The notes beneath the pieces are model-generated. The model had not been told where the DNA came from. It did not search any database and saw only the letters and a program-made list of their open reading frames with translations. A stretch of DNA of 64,000 nucleotides from Rubripirellula sp. (GTDB taxonomy: Bacteria > Planctomycetota > Planctomycetia > Pirellulales > Pirellulaceae), in the NCBI GenBank assembly GCA_965216875.1, contig OZ244207.1, forward strand, positions 2,048,001 through 2,112,000. The letters run 5' to 3'. Shown piece after piece: positions 30,135 to 41,400 of the stretch. The translations under genes were made by a program, and so were the position numbers. How positions within the stretch are numbered: the stretch's first letter is position 1; the number at the start of each line of letters is the position of its first letter.

Positions 30135-31199
30135 TTATGAGATTGCGTATACCTCGAGTCTACCGAAATCAGGGTTCTTGCCATCGGTGAATTTGCTCGG
30201 CTGGCCGTTGGTGCCGACGATATAGAGCTGTTTTGCATCGTTTGAAAAACGCATGTCGGTGACGCGGTAACCTGTCTTCAGCGATGCGGAAATCGCTCCG
30301 GTCGCCATGTCAAAAAGGGCAACGTTCCATTGGCCGCCTCTTAGGCGACCACCCATTGCAAACTGAGAACCGTCAGGTGCAACGGCGAGTGCTTCCATCA
30401 AACCTTCGCCCGATTCACCCTTGTGCGTTTCGTCAAGCTTTTCCGGTTTACCCGATTTCCAGCTCCAACGCTGCCAGAGCTGACGTCCGTTCCCAGCCAT
30501 CGGGTCGCGCATTTCACCCATGCCAGCAACCAGGAGTTCGTTCGAGTCGGCGGTGAATTCCAACGCGAAGATGCCGCCCAGGAAGCAATGGCTTTTGATG
30601 ATTCCCCAACTTGTGAAATCGGGTGTCGTCCAGTTGGCAACCCTCTTTCCCGTTTCAATGTCCCAAACACGGACTTCGCCCATCAAATTGCCAGCAGCAA
30701 CGAAACGGTTGTCGCGACTGAACGCAACCGCTTGCACGGATGGCACGTGAGACAATTCGAGCTTGGTGTCGCCTGTCTGAGCATCGACGACCTTGACCGA
30801 AGGTTCCCGCTCGGCGGCAGGCTCGTACTTGTAGCCGCCGGCTAAGTATTGGCCGGTCACCGAAGCAACCCAGCGCTTATCCGGCGAAATCGCCGAATCC
30901 CATGACCAGAAATCGTGCAGCTTTGTTCGTCGAACCCGTTCCTGTGCGTTGAGATCGAACCATTGCAGGTGTCCATCGTAGCCTGCGCTGATCACATGAT
31001 CGTTGGCGATCGCAACACCGCTGACGTAGTTTCCGTGCGAATCAAGTTTCTTGGCCTCGAGCGTGTCGAGACTCACTGCATAGACGCCGTCCATGCAGCC
31101 GACAACCATTTGGTCGGCAGCTAGGTCTGACATTGCCAGAATGCCCGTCGGTAGCTTCGCGGATTGCGTCTGCTTCCATTGCGTTTTGGTTTCGCTCAC
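30135..31199 (-). CDS. WD40-repeat protein
   Basis: SAGYDGHLQWFD, VAFSRDNRFVAAG...VRVWD repeats. Confidence 0.9.
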   Translation of the reverse strand: MSETKTQWKQTQSAKLPTGILAMSDLAADQMVVGCMDGVYAVSLDTLEAKKLDSHGNYVSGVAIANDHVISAGYDGHLQWFDLNAQERVRRTKLHDFWSWDSAISPDKRWVASVTGQYLAGGYKYEPAAEREPSVKVVDAQTGDTKLELSHVPSVQAVAFSRDNRFVAAGNLMGEVRVWDIETGKRVANWTTPDFTSWGIIKSHCFLGGIFALEFTADSNELLVAGMGEMRDPMAGNGRQLWQRWSWKSGKPEKLDETHKGESGEGLMEALAVAPDGSQFAMGGRLRGGQWNVALFDMATGAISASLKTGYRVTDMRFSNDAKQLYIVGTNGQPSKFTDGKNPDFGRLEVYAIS

Positions 31200-32518
31200 A
31201 GCAGAACCTCCGAAATCGGCGCAGCGTCTTCCTCGACCCGTTGAAAGGTCGGCAAACCTGGCAAATCGTATTCTTCGTGGGGATCAATGCCGAGTGCGGA
31301 AAAGATGGTGGCGAACAGGTTTCGGTTGTCGACTTCGCCTTCGGTCACTTCGCGTCCGAGTTGGTCGGTTGCTCCATAAACTGTTCCGCCGCGGATGCCG
31401 GCGCCCGCCATCGCAAGGCTCCACGCCTTTGAATAGTGATCGCGCCCGCGAGCATCGTTGAGCCACGGTGTGCGACCGAACTCGCCCATCGCGATCACAA
31501 GCGTGTCTTCGAGCATGCCGCGCTGCTCAAGATCGGTGATCAACTGATAAAGCACGTTGTCCAACTCGGGGACTAACATTTGGTGCATCTCGTGTTGAAA
31601 GACATGATTGTCCCAAGGCATTCCGTTGGCGACCATCACAAAGGTCGATCCATTCTCGATCAGGTGTCGGGCTTGCAAAGTGTGTTGTGCAAACGCACCG
31701 GGGCCATACCGCTGCCGATCCTCCTTCGGTAGCGTGTCCAAATCAAACAGAGGCGCGCAGCTCATCAAGCCACGCACTCGCTGAAATGCGGCGTTGTAGG
31801 AACCGGCGGCGGCACTTCGGCGATCGTTTTCGTATTTCTTGCTGAGGAATTGTCGAAGCGCCTCGCGGTCGTGGTGATCCGCTTCGGAGATCGTCTCCGG
31901 TTTGAGAATGTCGGGGATCGAGTATTCGCCGCCTGCTCGAACTGGCCCATACTCTGCACCGAGCCAGCCAGCCCAATTGCCCGCTTTGAAGGCTTTGAAT
32001 TCGTTACCTTCCGGGCATGGATCGAGTAGCACAAACTGCGGGACGGGACTGTCGAGTTGTCCGAGTTGCTCGGCAACGACACTTCCCAACAAAGGTCGCA
32101 CGAAGGGAGGCCTGGGCTTGTCGCCACGCGTCAACACATCGATGCCCTGGAAATGCTCTTTCGGCTCCGTCTTCATTGACCGAATGACCGCCAACTTGTC
32201 CATGATTTGGGCACATTGCGGCATCAGCGAACTGATCTGCACGCCAGGAAGGTTGGTGCTCGTTGCTGGGAACGGACCGCTGGTTGCTGTGCCCGGTTTC
32301 GGATCCCAAGTTTCAAATTGGCTCGGTGCCCCGCAAAGCCACAACAAAATGCATTTCTTGCCACGCTTTTTGGCTTGGTCCGCAAGGGTCGGAATGGAGA
32401 ACAACCCGCTGAAGCTTGCAACGGATGCGGTTGCAGCGGACATCGCACCCGAAAGGAACAACCGTCGGTGCACGGTGTGTTCGTCGCTGCCACAATCGTT
32501 TCGCTTTGAGGAACTCAA
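31196..32518 (-). CDS. DUF1501 domain protein (Tat-exported)
   Basis: HRRLFL Tat motif, PSQFETWDPKP, WDNH, GEFGRTP, GRDHY. Confidence 0.95.
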   Translation of the reverse strand: MSSSKRNDCGSDEHTVHRRLFLSGAMSAATASVASFSGLFSIPTLADQAKKRGKKCILLWLCGAPSQFETWDPKPGTATSGPFPATSTNLPGVQISSLMPQCAQIMDKLAVIRSMKTEPKEHFQGIDVLTRGDKPRPPFVRPLLGSVVAEQLGQLDSPVPQFVLLDPCPEGNEFKAFKAGNWAGWLGAEYGPVRAGGEYSIPDILKPETISEADHHDREALRQFLSKKYENDRRSAAAGSYNAAFQRVRGLMSCAPLFDLDTLPKEDRQRYGPGAFAQHTLQARHLIENGSTFVMVANGMPWDNHVFQHEMHQMLVPELDNVLYQLITDLEQRGMLEDTLVIAMGEFGRTPWLNDARGRDHYSKAWSLAMAGAGIRGGTVYGATDQLGREVTEGEVDNRNLFATIFSALGIDPHEEYDLPGLPTFQRVEEDAAPISEVLL

Positions 32519-32530
32519 ATTCGGAAAGCT

Positions 32531-34120
32531 CTAATGGTTGAAACGGAACTCTGCGCTGGTGAGCACGGCCCATACAACTTGGTGGAACCGTTCATCACTG
32601 ACGTTCGAACCAAGGTATTCGGCGAGACGTGATCTCTCGATGCTCGAAGGAGCACGCTGAAATGCGGCCATGAACAATGCATCAACTTGTTGTTCTTGGG
32701 AGGGCAAATCGCGAAGACGGGGGACAATGTCATTCGCCTGGTTTGCACCGCGAAGGAACCCCTCGATGGCTTGATTGTTGCTCAGGAACAGCGTTTCTTT
32801 GATCGTTGTCGTTGACTCATCCGGTAGCACTTCAGCCATCTGTTGTCGAAGTGGCTTGATGATCTTGGCATCATTTTTGAATTCGCCCCTTACAACGATT
32901 TGCATCGATCGAGCATATTGTTCTGCGGTAAGTGGCCGTTCCAAATACCAGGCAAAAAGAGACGGATCATCGTGGCCAGCGGAACGGATGCTCGAGAGTT
33001 GGTAGGCGTTGCTGTTTGCGATTGCCTCGATCAAACGGCGAAGATCGAATCCCGAGTCTTGTAGCTCGGATGCGAGAAGATCGAGCAGAGCAGGATGCGA
33101 TGGTTCGTGGACGCTATCCATTTCGTCAAAGGGATGGACGATACCGCGGGCCATCATCATCGCCCAAATACGGTTGGCGAGTGCACGCGCCACGCGCGGG
33201 TGATCGGCAACGACCTGTTCGGCAAAGGCTTCACGGCGTGAAAACTTGGGCTCACGTGGCAGGCCATCTTGTTTGGACGCCAGGTAAAGGTCGTCGCGGT
33301 CTTCTTGCTTGGCTTCCTTTTCGGGTCGCTCTTCTGCGATCACGTCTGCATCGATAAAGCTCAGAAGGTTCGGTCGACTGTCTCCAGTCAAATCAGCAAA
33401 CTCGCTGAAGCCGCCGATGGCAGATTCGCTTACTTGGGGCCCCTTCTTTTCGCTGACGTTCTTGCTGCGATTAAAGAATGCGACCAGTCCCCAGTAATGC
33501 TCTTGCAGGATTTCTGCGGCGATTGGATGGTCATGACATTGAGCACACTCGATGCGAAATCCGAAGATGGCGGGCGCAACCGCCTCGGCGATCTGCTGAT
33601 GCTCATTCTTGCGTTCGTACAGAAACCATTGTGCGCCGTGATCGATTTCATTCGAGGGGCGAGCCAAAACGAGTTCGGTGACGACTTCGTCCCAACGACG
33701 ATTCTCACGGATCATTCGTTCGAGGTAACCGCGCCACCCATGCTTGTTCCGTTCGTCGTAAACACGCGCGTCACCACGTCCCATCAACAGAGCGTCGAAT
33801 AGATCCGCGAAATGCTGGACATAGTCTTCACTTTCCAGAAGCGTCTCGATCAAAGCCGCCCGTTTGTCTTTGCGACCGTCGGCCAAGAAGGTCTCGAGTT
33901 CAGCGGTCGACGGGATGCGACCGGCAAGATCGAGATAGAGGCGGCGACAAAATTCGCGATCGGTCGCACGAGCCGCGGGCTCAATGCCTGACTCTTGCCA
34001 ACGCGTTTCGATTTCTTGATTGATCGATGCCGTCAAGCCTTCCGATGACGTCGTCTGCCCATGCACAACGCAAGGCAAAGTAACCAGCGAAATGAAGAAA
34101 ACGAATCCGACGCGGGACAT
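32531..34120 (-). CDS. DUF1549/DUF1553 (PSCyt2/PSD1) planctomycete cytochrome-domain protein
   Basis: RRLYLDLAGRIP, CAQCHDHP, NRIWAMMMARGIV, PSHPALLDLLA, C-terminal EFRFNH. Confidence 0.95.
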   Translation of the reverse strand: MSRVGFVFFISLVTLPCVVHGQTTSSEGLTASINQEIETRWQESGIEPAARATDREFCRRLYLDLAGRIPSTAELETFLADGRKDKRAALIETLLESEDYVQHFADLFDALLMGRGDARVYDERNKHGWRGYLERMIRENRRWDEVVTELVLARPSNEIDHGAQWFLYERKNEHQQIAEAVAPAIFGFRIECAQCHDHPIAAEILQEHYWGLVAFFNRSKNVSEKKGPQVSESAIGGFSEFADLTGDSRPNLLSFIDADVIAEERPEKEAKQEDRDDLYLASKQDGLPREPKFSRREAFAEQVVADHPRVARALANRIWAMMMARGIVHPFDEMDSVHEPSHPALLDLLASELQDSGFDLRRLIEAIANSNAYQLSSIRSAGHDDPSLFAWYLERPLTAEQYARSMQIVVRGEFKNDAKIIKPLRQQMAEVLPDESTTTIKETLFLSNNQAIEGFLRGANQANDIVPRLRDLPSQEQQVDALFMAAFQRAPSSIERSRLAEYLGSNVSDERFHQVVWAVLTSAEFRFNH

Positions 34121-34396
34121 CTGCGGTGGACAAAGAGCGAGGGTGGGGTGGGTGGTGGGCCTGATTGACCAGGACCCGGGTGGGACCTCTACGTTAATCG
34201 ATTTGAGCCGGGGTGTGTTAGTTCGATTCGGCTCTTCCAGGCGTTACGACTGGAATAACCCGACTCGCCGTCGGATTCGTGAAAGACGCGGCAGGGTGAA
34301 CGTTTTGAAAAGGATCAGCGATCCCCCCTGCGGATCTCCGATGACCAATCCCAAGAGACTTTATGGACATTCGACCCCGGCAAGGAGGCATCCGCC

Positions 34397-35383
34397 GTGC
34401 CAACGATCAAAGCCCCCGTTACCGTTTTGGTTATCGCTGCTGCACTTCTCTTGGGCAGCCAACAAAACGCCCAGGCACAACGTGAAGTCGATGTTTATGG
34501 CGGGTTGTGGATTCCATTTCTGCCCGACTACAACGCCGGGTCCATTGTTCCCAACGGTGGTGGATCGGTTCAAACTCCGAACATCTTCAATGACAACCAG
34601 ACCGATGTTGGTGGTCAAATTGGGATTCGGGGTCTCTACCGTTTCTATCCAACCAAGACGATGGTCGAGTTTGACTTGAACATCGCTGGGATCGATTCGA
34701 TGGGCTCCAACGCTTCCGTCGCTGACCCCGATGCCGCGTCGACCGTTTGGCTGGCCAACCTGACAGGTACAGGGTTCCTCGCAACGGCAAACGGCGCGAC
34801 TGCTCATTTCTCGCTCGATAGCGATGTGTTGCACTACAGCGAGTTCATTGGGCTACGAGACCGCTTTGATATCTCGCGTTGGGGAATGGGTACCGTCGAT
34901 CTTGGATGCGGATTTAGCCACCTCGGTTTTCAGCAAGACTTTACGCTGAGCGCGCTGTTTGACGGATCTGGAAACACCGGACGCTACTTCGAGCAGATCG
35001 ACACCAACTACATCGGTGGAGACATTCGAAGCACATTCAACAAGCAGATTCATGGGCGCATGGTCCGCCTCGATTTGAACTTTGGCATCTATGACATGGA
35101 TGGCAAATACGATGGACGCAGCGTGTTTCGAAACGCCGGCGGTGCCGTCCTGAACACTTCGAGCGTGGTCGACGAGATCAAGAAGACAGCATTCACCCTT
35201 GATGTTGGGCTGAGAATGGACACCAACATTCGCGGTGTCTTGGTGCGTCCCGGTATTCACTTCAAGTACTTTACCGACATGGTTTCGATGAACCATCCGC
35301 AAACCATCGTTGCGGCTGATCCGGTAAGGCTGACAACCAAAGACGCCTACGTGCTCGGATTGAACGTCGAAGTGATGCTGTAA
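34397..35383 (+). CDS. Putative outer-membrane beta-barrel protein
   Basis: Signal peptide (AQA), alternating-hydrophobic strands, C-terminal YVLGLNVEVML. Confidence 0.7.
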   Translation: MPTIKAPVTVLVIAAALLLGSQQNAQAQREVDVYGGLWIPFLPDYNAGSIVPNGGGSVQTPNIFNDNQTDVGGQIGIRGLYRFYPTKTMVEFDLNIAGIDSMGSNASVADPDAASTVWLANLTGTGFLATANGATAHFSLDSDVLHYSEFIGLRDRFDISRWGMGTVDLGCGFSHLGFQQDFTLSALFDGSGNTGRYFEQIDTNYIGGDIRSTFNKQIHGRMVRLDLNFGIYDMDGKYDGRSVFRNAGGAVLNTSSVVDEIKKTAFTLDVGLRMDTNIRGVLVRPGIHFKYFTDMVSMNHPQTIVAADPVRLTTKDAYVLGLNVEVML

Positions 35384-35428
35384 AAGGCTCGCTAAATCTG
35401 TCGAGCGATGAGGGTTTGGGCAGTGCCC

Positions 35429-35521
35429 GTGAGCCGCTGGCCGTCAGGCCTCGGGCCCTTGCCGACGCGCGGCTAGTGTGAAGGCGATTAAGGCCCGGCC
35501 GCTTACGCGATCGCGGCTCAC
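35429..35521. repeat. REP-like inverted doublet with GTGAGCCGC ends
   Basis: Left arm GTGAGCCGCTGGCCGTCAGGCCTCGGGCCCTT; reverse complement of right arm GTGAGCCGCGATCGCGTAAGCGGCCGGGCCTT. Confidence 0.7.
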
Positions 35522-35797
35522 TTGTGCAGGCAACGGTGCGATCGTCACTCTTGAGACATTCCTGGTTTTTCGAGTGAGAATCCTCGTATTTTCTTCTTCC
35601 CGCAGAGTGCCCCTCGGTTGGTGCGAAACTTTGACGGTTCTAGCGGATTGTTCGGCGACGAATACTCGTACCGATGATCCCGGTTAACTTTGGCAGTGCT
35701 AGTCGTGCGTGTCGTTCCGATTGCTAGGACGAGGCCACATCTTGGTGGCAAACCCGATTGGTGTCCGATCCCGTGACTGGGTGACCACTTTTGCAGA

Positions 35798-37171
35798 GTG
35801 ACGGACATCAACTTTGCCTCGACCCGGAAAAGCAACGTGAAAACCGTCCATCCAGCCCGCCGACGCAAGCTATTGCTAGCAAGTTTGCTTGCGGTATCGG
35901 CCAGCAGCAACGCGATCGCCGCAGATTCGACATCGGGCGCCGCGAAGGTCTCGCCCAAGCGGTTACCGGTTGTGACGCACACGGCGACCGACGAGGAACT
36001 GCTCAACAAAGTGACTCCCGAAGCAGCCAAGCTCTTTCAGGCATTCCAAAAGAAGCGCGCTGCTGAAGTCCAAAAGAAGGCCGAGCAAGCGCGCAAGCAG
36101 TGGTCAGCTCCGGAAACCACGCAGCCCAAAAAGTGGCTGCGATCAAAAAGCTCAGCGGCGTCGGTCGAGGTTTCGCGTCGATTGATCATTCAAGCGACCC
36201 ACGAGCATTCGGTTGGCGCATGGGCATCGGCTGAAGCATCCGCATGGGAAGCATTGCGTTACGCGGCCGAAGGTGTCGAAATCGCTCACCAGGAATCGGG
36301 ACGCACCGTCACGCTTGCAGCACTCGATGACTTGCGCGTCGCTCGAACGGCGATGCGAGAGGCACGTGAGTTTGGCGGCATGTATGGCGACATCGACGGT
36401 GAAGGCATCGGCCGCATGGCAGCCTCGCACCGCACGACCGTCTTGGATGACCAAGAAACGGGATCGCTCAAAGCGGCCGACGCGATTGATCGCTACTTGG
36501 ACGAAGCTCGCGTGCGTCTGGCAGGGATTGCGACCGAAAGTGTCGAAGCAGCACAGGCCATGGATCTATTGGCGGCCATCTACCTTGGCCGTGCTGACGC
36601 GAAAACACTTCCCAGTTCGACCGCTCTGTGTCTGCGTCGCGCCGCGATGCAAGGACAACCCCGCAATGCAAGCCTCGCGATGCGATTGGGCATGCACCTG
36701 GCTGACCTCGGGTTGTACAAAGAAGCTCGTTGGGCACTTCACCATTCGATCAAAATCGATCCAAGTGATGAAGCCGCCCAGGCATTGGTCGCGGTCTTGC
36801 GCCGTACGGGTGAACACGATCAGGCGACGCAGCTTGCCGCGGCTCTTCAGCAGCGCCATCAGGCATTGGCAAATGTCGGGAAAACCCGCGTGCCTCGCGT
36901 CACTGAGCTGACGCCGGAACAATTTGCGGAGGTTTCCAAACCGGTTAACCAGGGCCGCAGTCTTTTTAAAGGCACCCTGGCGAGTGCCAAAAAGAATATC
37001 ACGCGCATGAAGGGCATTCTACCAAGTGACGCGGCAAGCGAAAACGCGCGACAGCCAGAGAAGCCTCGTATCGAAGAGGCGGCAGATTCGTCCGCACCGC
37101 AGAGCGATGAAGCAGACGCAAAGCCCGGCAAGATTCGTCGGTTCTTCAACGCGTTTGTTCCGGCCTGGTAA
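35798..37171 (+). CDS. Secreted TPR-like helical protein
   Basis: Signal peptide (RRRKLLL...AIA), TPR-like LGMHLADLGLYKEA; alternative start 35837. Confidence 0.8.
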   Translation: MTDINFASTRKSNVKTVHPARRRKLLLASLLAVSASSNAIAADSTSGAAKVSPKRLPVVTHTATDEELLNKVTPEAAKLFQAFQKKRAAEVQKKAEQARKQWSAPETTQPKKWLRSKSSAASVEVSRRLIIQATHEHSVGAWASAEASAWEALRYAAEGVEIAHQESGRTVTLAALDDLRVARTAMREAREFGGMYGDIDGEGIGRMAASHRTTVLDDQETGSLKAADAIDRYLDEARVRLAGIATESVEAAQAMDLLAAIYLGRADAKTLPSSTALCLRRAAMQGQPRNASLAMRLGMHLADLGLYKEARWALHHSIKIDPSDEAAQALVAVLRRTGEHDQATQLAAALQQRHQALANVGKTRVPRVTELTPEQFAEVSKPVNQGRSLFKGTLASAKKNITRMKGILPSDAASENARQPEKPRIEEAADSSAPQSDEADAKPGKIRRFFNAFVPAW

Positions 37172-37231
37172 ATGCTAATTCAAGCCCCGTTAGACCCTGA
37201 AGAAGACTTCAAAGAACGACTCATCTGTCAA

Positions 37232-38458
37232 ATGAACTTGAATTTGACCCACCGCGAACAAACCTTGCAGCGACTAGCACTCGCTCTGCTGTGTGTTGTC
37301 TGTTTCGCGTTCGATGCTCAAGCGCAACAGCCTCAGGCGGTCGATGGTGGTGCTCTGCCAGTGGCAACGAAAGCCGACCCGTGTGGATGCCGGAACACTC
37401 CAGGTGGTTATCCCTGCTTGGGCGGTTGCCAGAACTGCATCATGGGCGTTGATTGCGCCACTTGCGGCGGTGCCGAAGCGCGATGGCAAGACATGCGTCC
37501 GATGCCATTTAGTTCCTACGGTCCCGGTGGATATGCTGGCCCGGCCCGAATGGCTCATCTCAGCGAATACCATCTTCGACCGGGTGACCGCATCGAGATG
37601 TTGTATTTGATCACGCGTCGTCAAAAGGAAGGGCCTTATCGACTCGCGCCTGGTGATGAACTTCTTATCGAATCGGTCGCTGACGCCGACCTGGCACGCG
37701 GGTCGTTGGAAAACGGGCTGGAGATTCAACCCGACGGAACGATCACGTTGCGGCTGCTCGGACAGGTGCACGCCGCCGGCTTGACCGTTGCCCAGCTTCG
37801 TGAGGTCCTCGACAAGCAATACAGCAAGTATTACGAAGAACCTGCCATCGACGTCACGCCCGTTCGTACCAACATCTTGGCAGAAGACATTCGTAGCGCC
37901 GTGGGTGGTCAGAACGGGTTCACTCAGCAGTCGATCGTGGTGACCGTTTTGCCCGACGGAAAGATCCGTCTGCCAAGCATCGGTGAGATTTGCGTTCAGG
38001 GCTTCACGCTCAACCAACTCAAACGAGAAATTAACCTTCGCTACGAAGAGATCGTTGTTGGTTTGGACGTCGAGCCAATCCTCGAGTCGCAGGCCCCCCA
38101 TTTCGTGCATGTGCTTGGTGAGGTGGCGACACCAGAACGCATCGAGCTGCAAGGGCCAACGACAGTGCTTGGTGCGATCGCCGCAGCGGGTGGAGAACTA
38201 CCCGGCGGAAACTTGCGTCAGGTCGTTATCCTGCGTCGCGCCGAAGATTGGCGGTTGATCGCAACCATGCTCGACCTGCAAGGCGCCGTGTTTGGTAAGC
38301 GGCCGACACCAAGCGACGAGATTTGGCTCCGCGACGGTGATGTCGTGATCGTGCCCGCGAAACCGATCCTGCGGTTGAATAACTGGATCCAGCAAATCTT
38401 CACCGACGGCATTTACGGCGTCTATCCTGGCCAGTTCGACTTTACGACCAACAACTAG
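37232..38458 (+). CDS. Polysaccharide biosynthesis/export (Wza-like, Poly_export + SLBB) protein
   Basis: YRLAPGDEL, QPDGTITL..LG.VHAAGLT, second PDGKIRLP, VLGEV..P, AIAAAGG, LRDGDVVIVP. Confidence 0.9.
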   Translation: MNLNLTHREQTLQRLALALLCVVCFAFDAQAQQPQAVDGGALPVATKADPCGCRNTPGGYPCLGGCQNCIMGVDCATCGGAEARWQDMRPMPFSSYGPGGYAGPARMAHLSEYHLRPGDRIEMLYLITRRQKEGPYRLAPGDELLIESVADADLARGSLENGLEIQPDGTITLRLLGQVHAAGLTVAQLREVLDKQYSKYYEEPAIDVTPVRTNILAEDIRSAVGGQNGFTQQSIVVTVLPDGKIRLPSIGEICVQGFTLNQLKREINLRYEEIVVGLDVEPILESQAPHFVHVLGEVATPERIELQGPTTVLGAIAAAGGELPGGNLRQVVILRRAEDWRLIATMLDLQGAVFGKRPTPSDEIWLRDGDVVIVPAKPILRLNNWIQQIFTDGIYGVYPGQFDFTTNN

Positions 38459-38495
38459 TGCTTGTGGTTGTCGAGACCATCTGTTCTGTCCGTGA

Positions 38496-41400
38496 CTATC
38501 GAGCTTTGATGCGTCCGGAACGTTTGCTCTGTGCAGGCGTTTCACCGGCCGGTCGCAACATTTCGGCGGGCAGGAATGTTAGGCAGAATCCAGATTCAAG
38601 CGAATTGAGCACCTGATCCAATTCGCGTTTGCGAAGGCCTTTTTCGAGATCGATCCGCACCGACGAGGCCGCCATTTCGCGCCCCTTGGTGCTAATCCGC
38701 TGGGCGACGTTGCCGAAGCTCGAATCGTAATCGACGAGCTCTTGCTCTTTGACCAGTTGGCCCCACATCATCGTTGCGCACTGCGCGAAGCTGACGGTGG
38801 TCACGCGTTCGGAGCCCTGGAAGGTGCATTTTTCCATCTCGATGATTTCGGTCATGCAACTCTTCAGCTGGGTGCGTAGCTCTGCCTCATCTGCAGGCCG
38901 ATACAAACGCGTGAGCATCTGTGGTTCGTCGCAGTCGTCATCTAAGTTGAGGAAGTTGTCGCGCAGGGTTTGAACCAGCGAGATGAGTTTGGCGCGCCCG
39001 CCAACTTGGAAAATTGCCTTTGGTCGTCCTTGATGGACTTCGTGACAGGCAACCGCGACAGCTGCCAAATGAGCGGAAAGGAGCTCACGGTCTTTCACGT
39101 CTTCATGATGGCTCTCATCGAGCTGCGATCGCAGCTCGCGAATGCGTTGCCAGAGCTTTGCGCACTCGCTACCAATTTGGTCTTCGATCGGATTGATGTC
39201 GCGCAGTACGGCGTGACGATAGTGTGCTCGAACATCGCCATTGGCTTCATAGGCCCTGAGCCAGTGTTCCGTCAGTGATTCGTAGGGTTCAAGCTTGGGC
39301 AAGAACAGGTGGTCGTGAATCCAACGATCAAAGGAATCGGCGTTGGTCGCTGGTGTCGACCAAATGGCTTCGCTGAAAAGGTCTTCCGTGCTGTAAGATT
39401 GTTCTTGGTGGCACGCAAGTCGATAGCCAGTGAGAACGCGGTCTTTGATGACATCGAACATCGGCTGTGTCCGGGTGTCCTCATCCGAAAACTGGGTGTA
39501 CTCTCGCGCGTCCCAACGCACCAGTTCGCTGCATACACGAGAGGCGATATGGTGGCCAAGGTTTCGGTAGGCAGCCACTTGGTCGTCGGTATAGAACTGG
39601 TTCGTTGTCGGTTCATCGGGGAAGGACGGAAACCGATGGCGGATCTGTTGAATGTCGATCGGATCCGATTGGGTGATCGCCATTTGGCAATAGACCAATA
39701 ATCCCGTCGAACCATCTTCGTAGCGAATCCGCGCGACAATGTAGGGTTGATGGACAACCTTTTCTTCGCTGTTCGACTTGTCAACCGCGAGCCGCCCAAA
39801 GTCGATCGGAGCGTCGTGGTCGAGATCGAGAATCTTGACTCCGTATTGGGATGCGGCGGTGGTGCACATCCGCGCAAGCGGTGCCAGCGGGTTGTTGCCC
39901 AAGTTGGCTCCCGCGTCGCTGACGATGATCAAACGACATTTCCTGCGGAACAATTCGGTGACGCCGAGATAGTCGTAGAAGCCACCATCGGCTACGTGCC
40001 CCATGCTTTCCGTTTGAGCCAGGTTTGCCGCGTAGGCTCGTGGACGCTCGGCTCGTGAGGAGTCGGTGTCGGTGATATCGATTGGCTGAAGGATGGAGCG
40101 CAGGAACTGGCAGATGCCCGACCAATGATTCACGCCAACAAAGTAGGCGACCGCAGTAAGCAGAGCGATCAGGAACAGCGAAAAGGTGATGCCGAACCAA
40201 TACCATCCGAAAAACAGGCTGGCGAACAATCCAGCGCACGCGAACGTTCCAGCGACGGGAGTCGAGCGAATTGCTGCAACGAGGCTGGCTCGCCGTGAGT
40301 CTGCGTCTTTACAGCGAATCAACCATTGCCCAAGTCCGTCCCCAAAGAAACTCAAGATAATCGACAGTGCGCGAGTGTCGGTCATCAGTGGCGTCACGGC
40401 AGCGCCAGAAATCGTCACCGCATCGCTGACCGTCAGTGGTGTTCGGCCGACTCCAGGCAACTGAATCTTGCTGGTCTCGTAAATCGAATCGACATGGTCA
40501 CCGTCGCCGCAGTAAACCGGCGAAAAGACAAACGGACGACTGCGCACATGGTAACTGCCTTGGATCACACAAGGCGTCATTCGCGCCGCAAGATAGAGCG
40601 GATGGGGCAAGCCATCGCGGGTCGGCTCGAACTCGTGAAGCGGCGTCGACCCGTCATACGCCGCAGATCCCGATTGAGTCGAACTCAGGAACAACCGCGC
40701 GATTCGGTCGCGATAGTACGCGTAGATGGTGATCGTTTGATTGCGGACCACACTCAGGCAAACGCCGATGCAAAAGAGGGTCCACCAACCGAGCAACCAA
40801 CGCCAACGCACCGCTTGGTCGTGTGGTGGAACGATCAATGTACTGGCGACGGTGCGATCTTGAATGACGCCTTCAAAATAGGTTTCTAGTTTCGAGCGAC
40901 TCGACTCGGCGATCTTGCGTTTGGCGTCAAAATCGTCGCCGCCAAGGGGCTGACGCAGAATCGGCACCGCCGCAAGATCCGCTTTCGAGCTGTCCTTGGA
41001 TCGATATTGCTCGAGAAAGCCGGGGAAGTCGGGGTGGTGCAGCAGTTCATTGAATGTGTTGAGATAAGCACGATGCAGATTTCGTCTGTGGTGTGCAATC
41101 AAATGGTAGTGGCGAATCGTCTGCGCGTCGTGCTTGTCGACATCTTCAAAATAGTCTTTGGCAACGTCGTCGTCGGGCGTGAATCGTGTTCGAAGGTAGG
41201 CTTCCGAGCATGCCGCCATCCGACGCCAGAAACTCCACGGTTCAACTTGATCTTTGCCTATACGAGCTTGCTCGGCGGCTGAGACTGGCGACGGAGGGTC
41301 CGATTTGGTGTAGGTCGGAACGCCGTCGCGCAGCGGGACCAGCACGTTGACTCGCTGGTGCTGGCTCCAATCATCGCCGTAGTTGATCGGCGCCTTAGCA

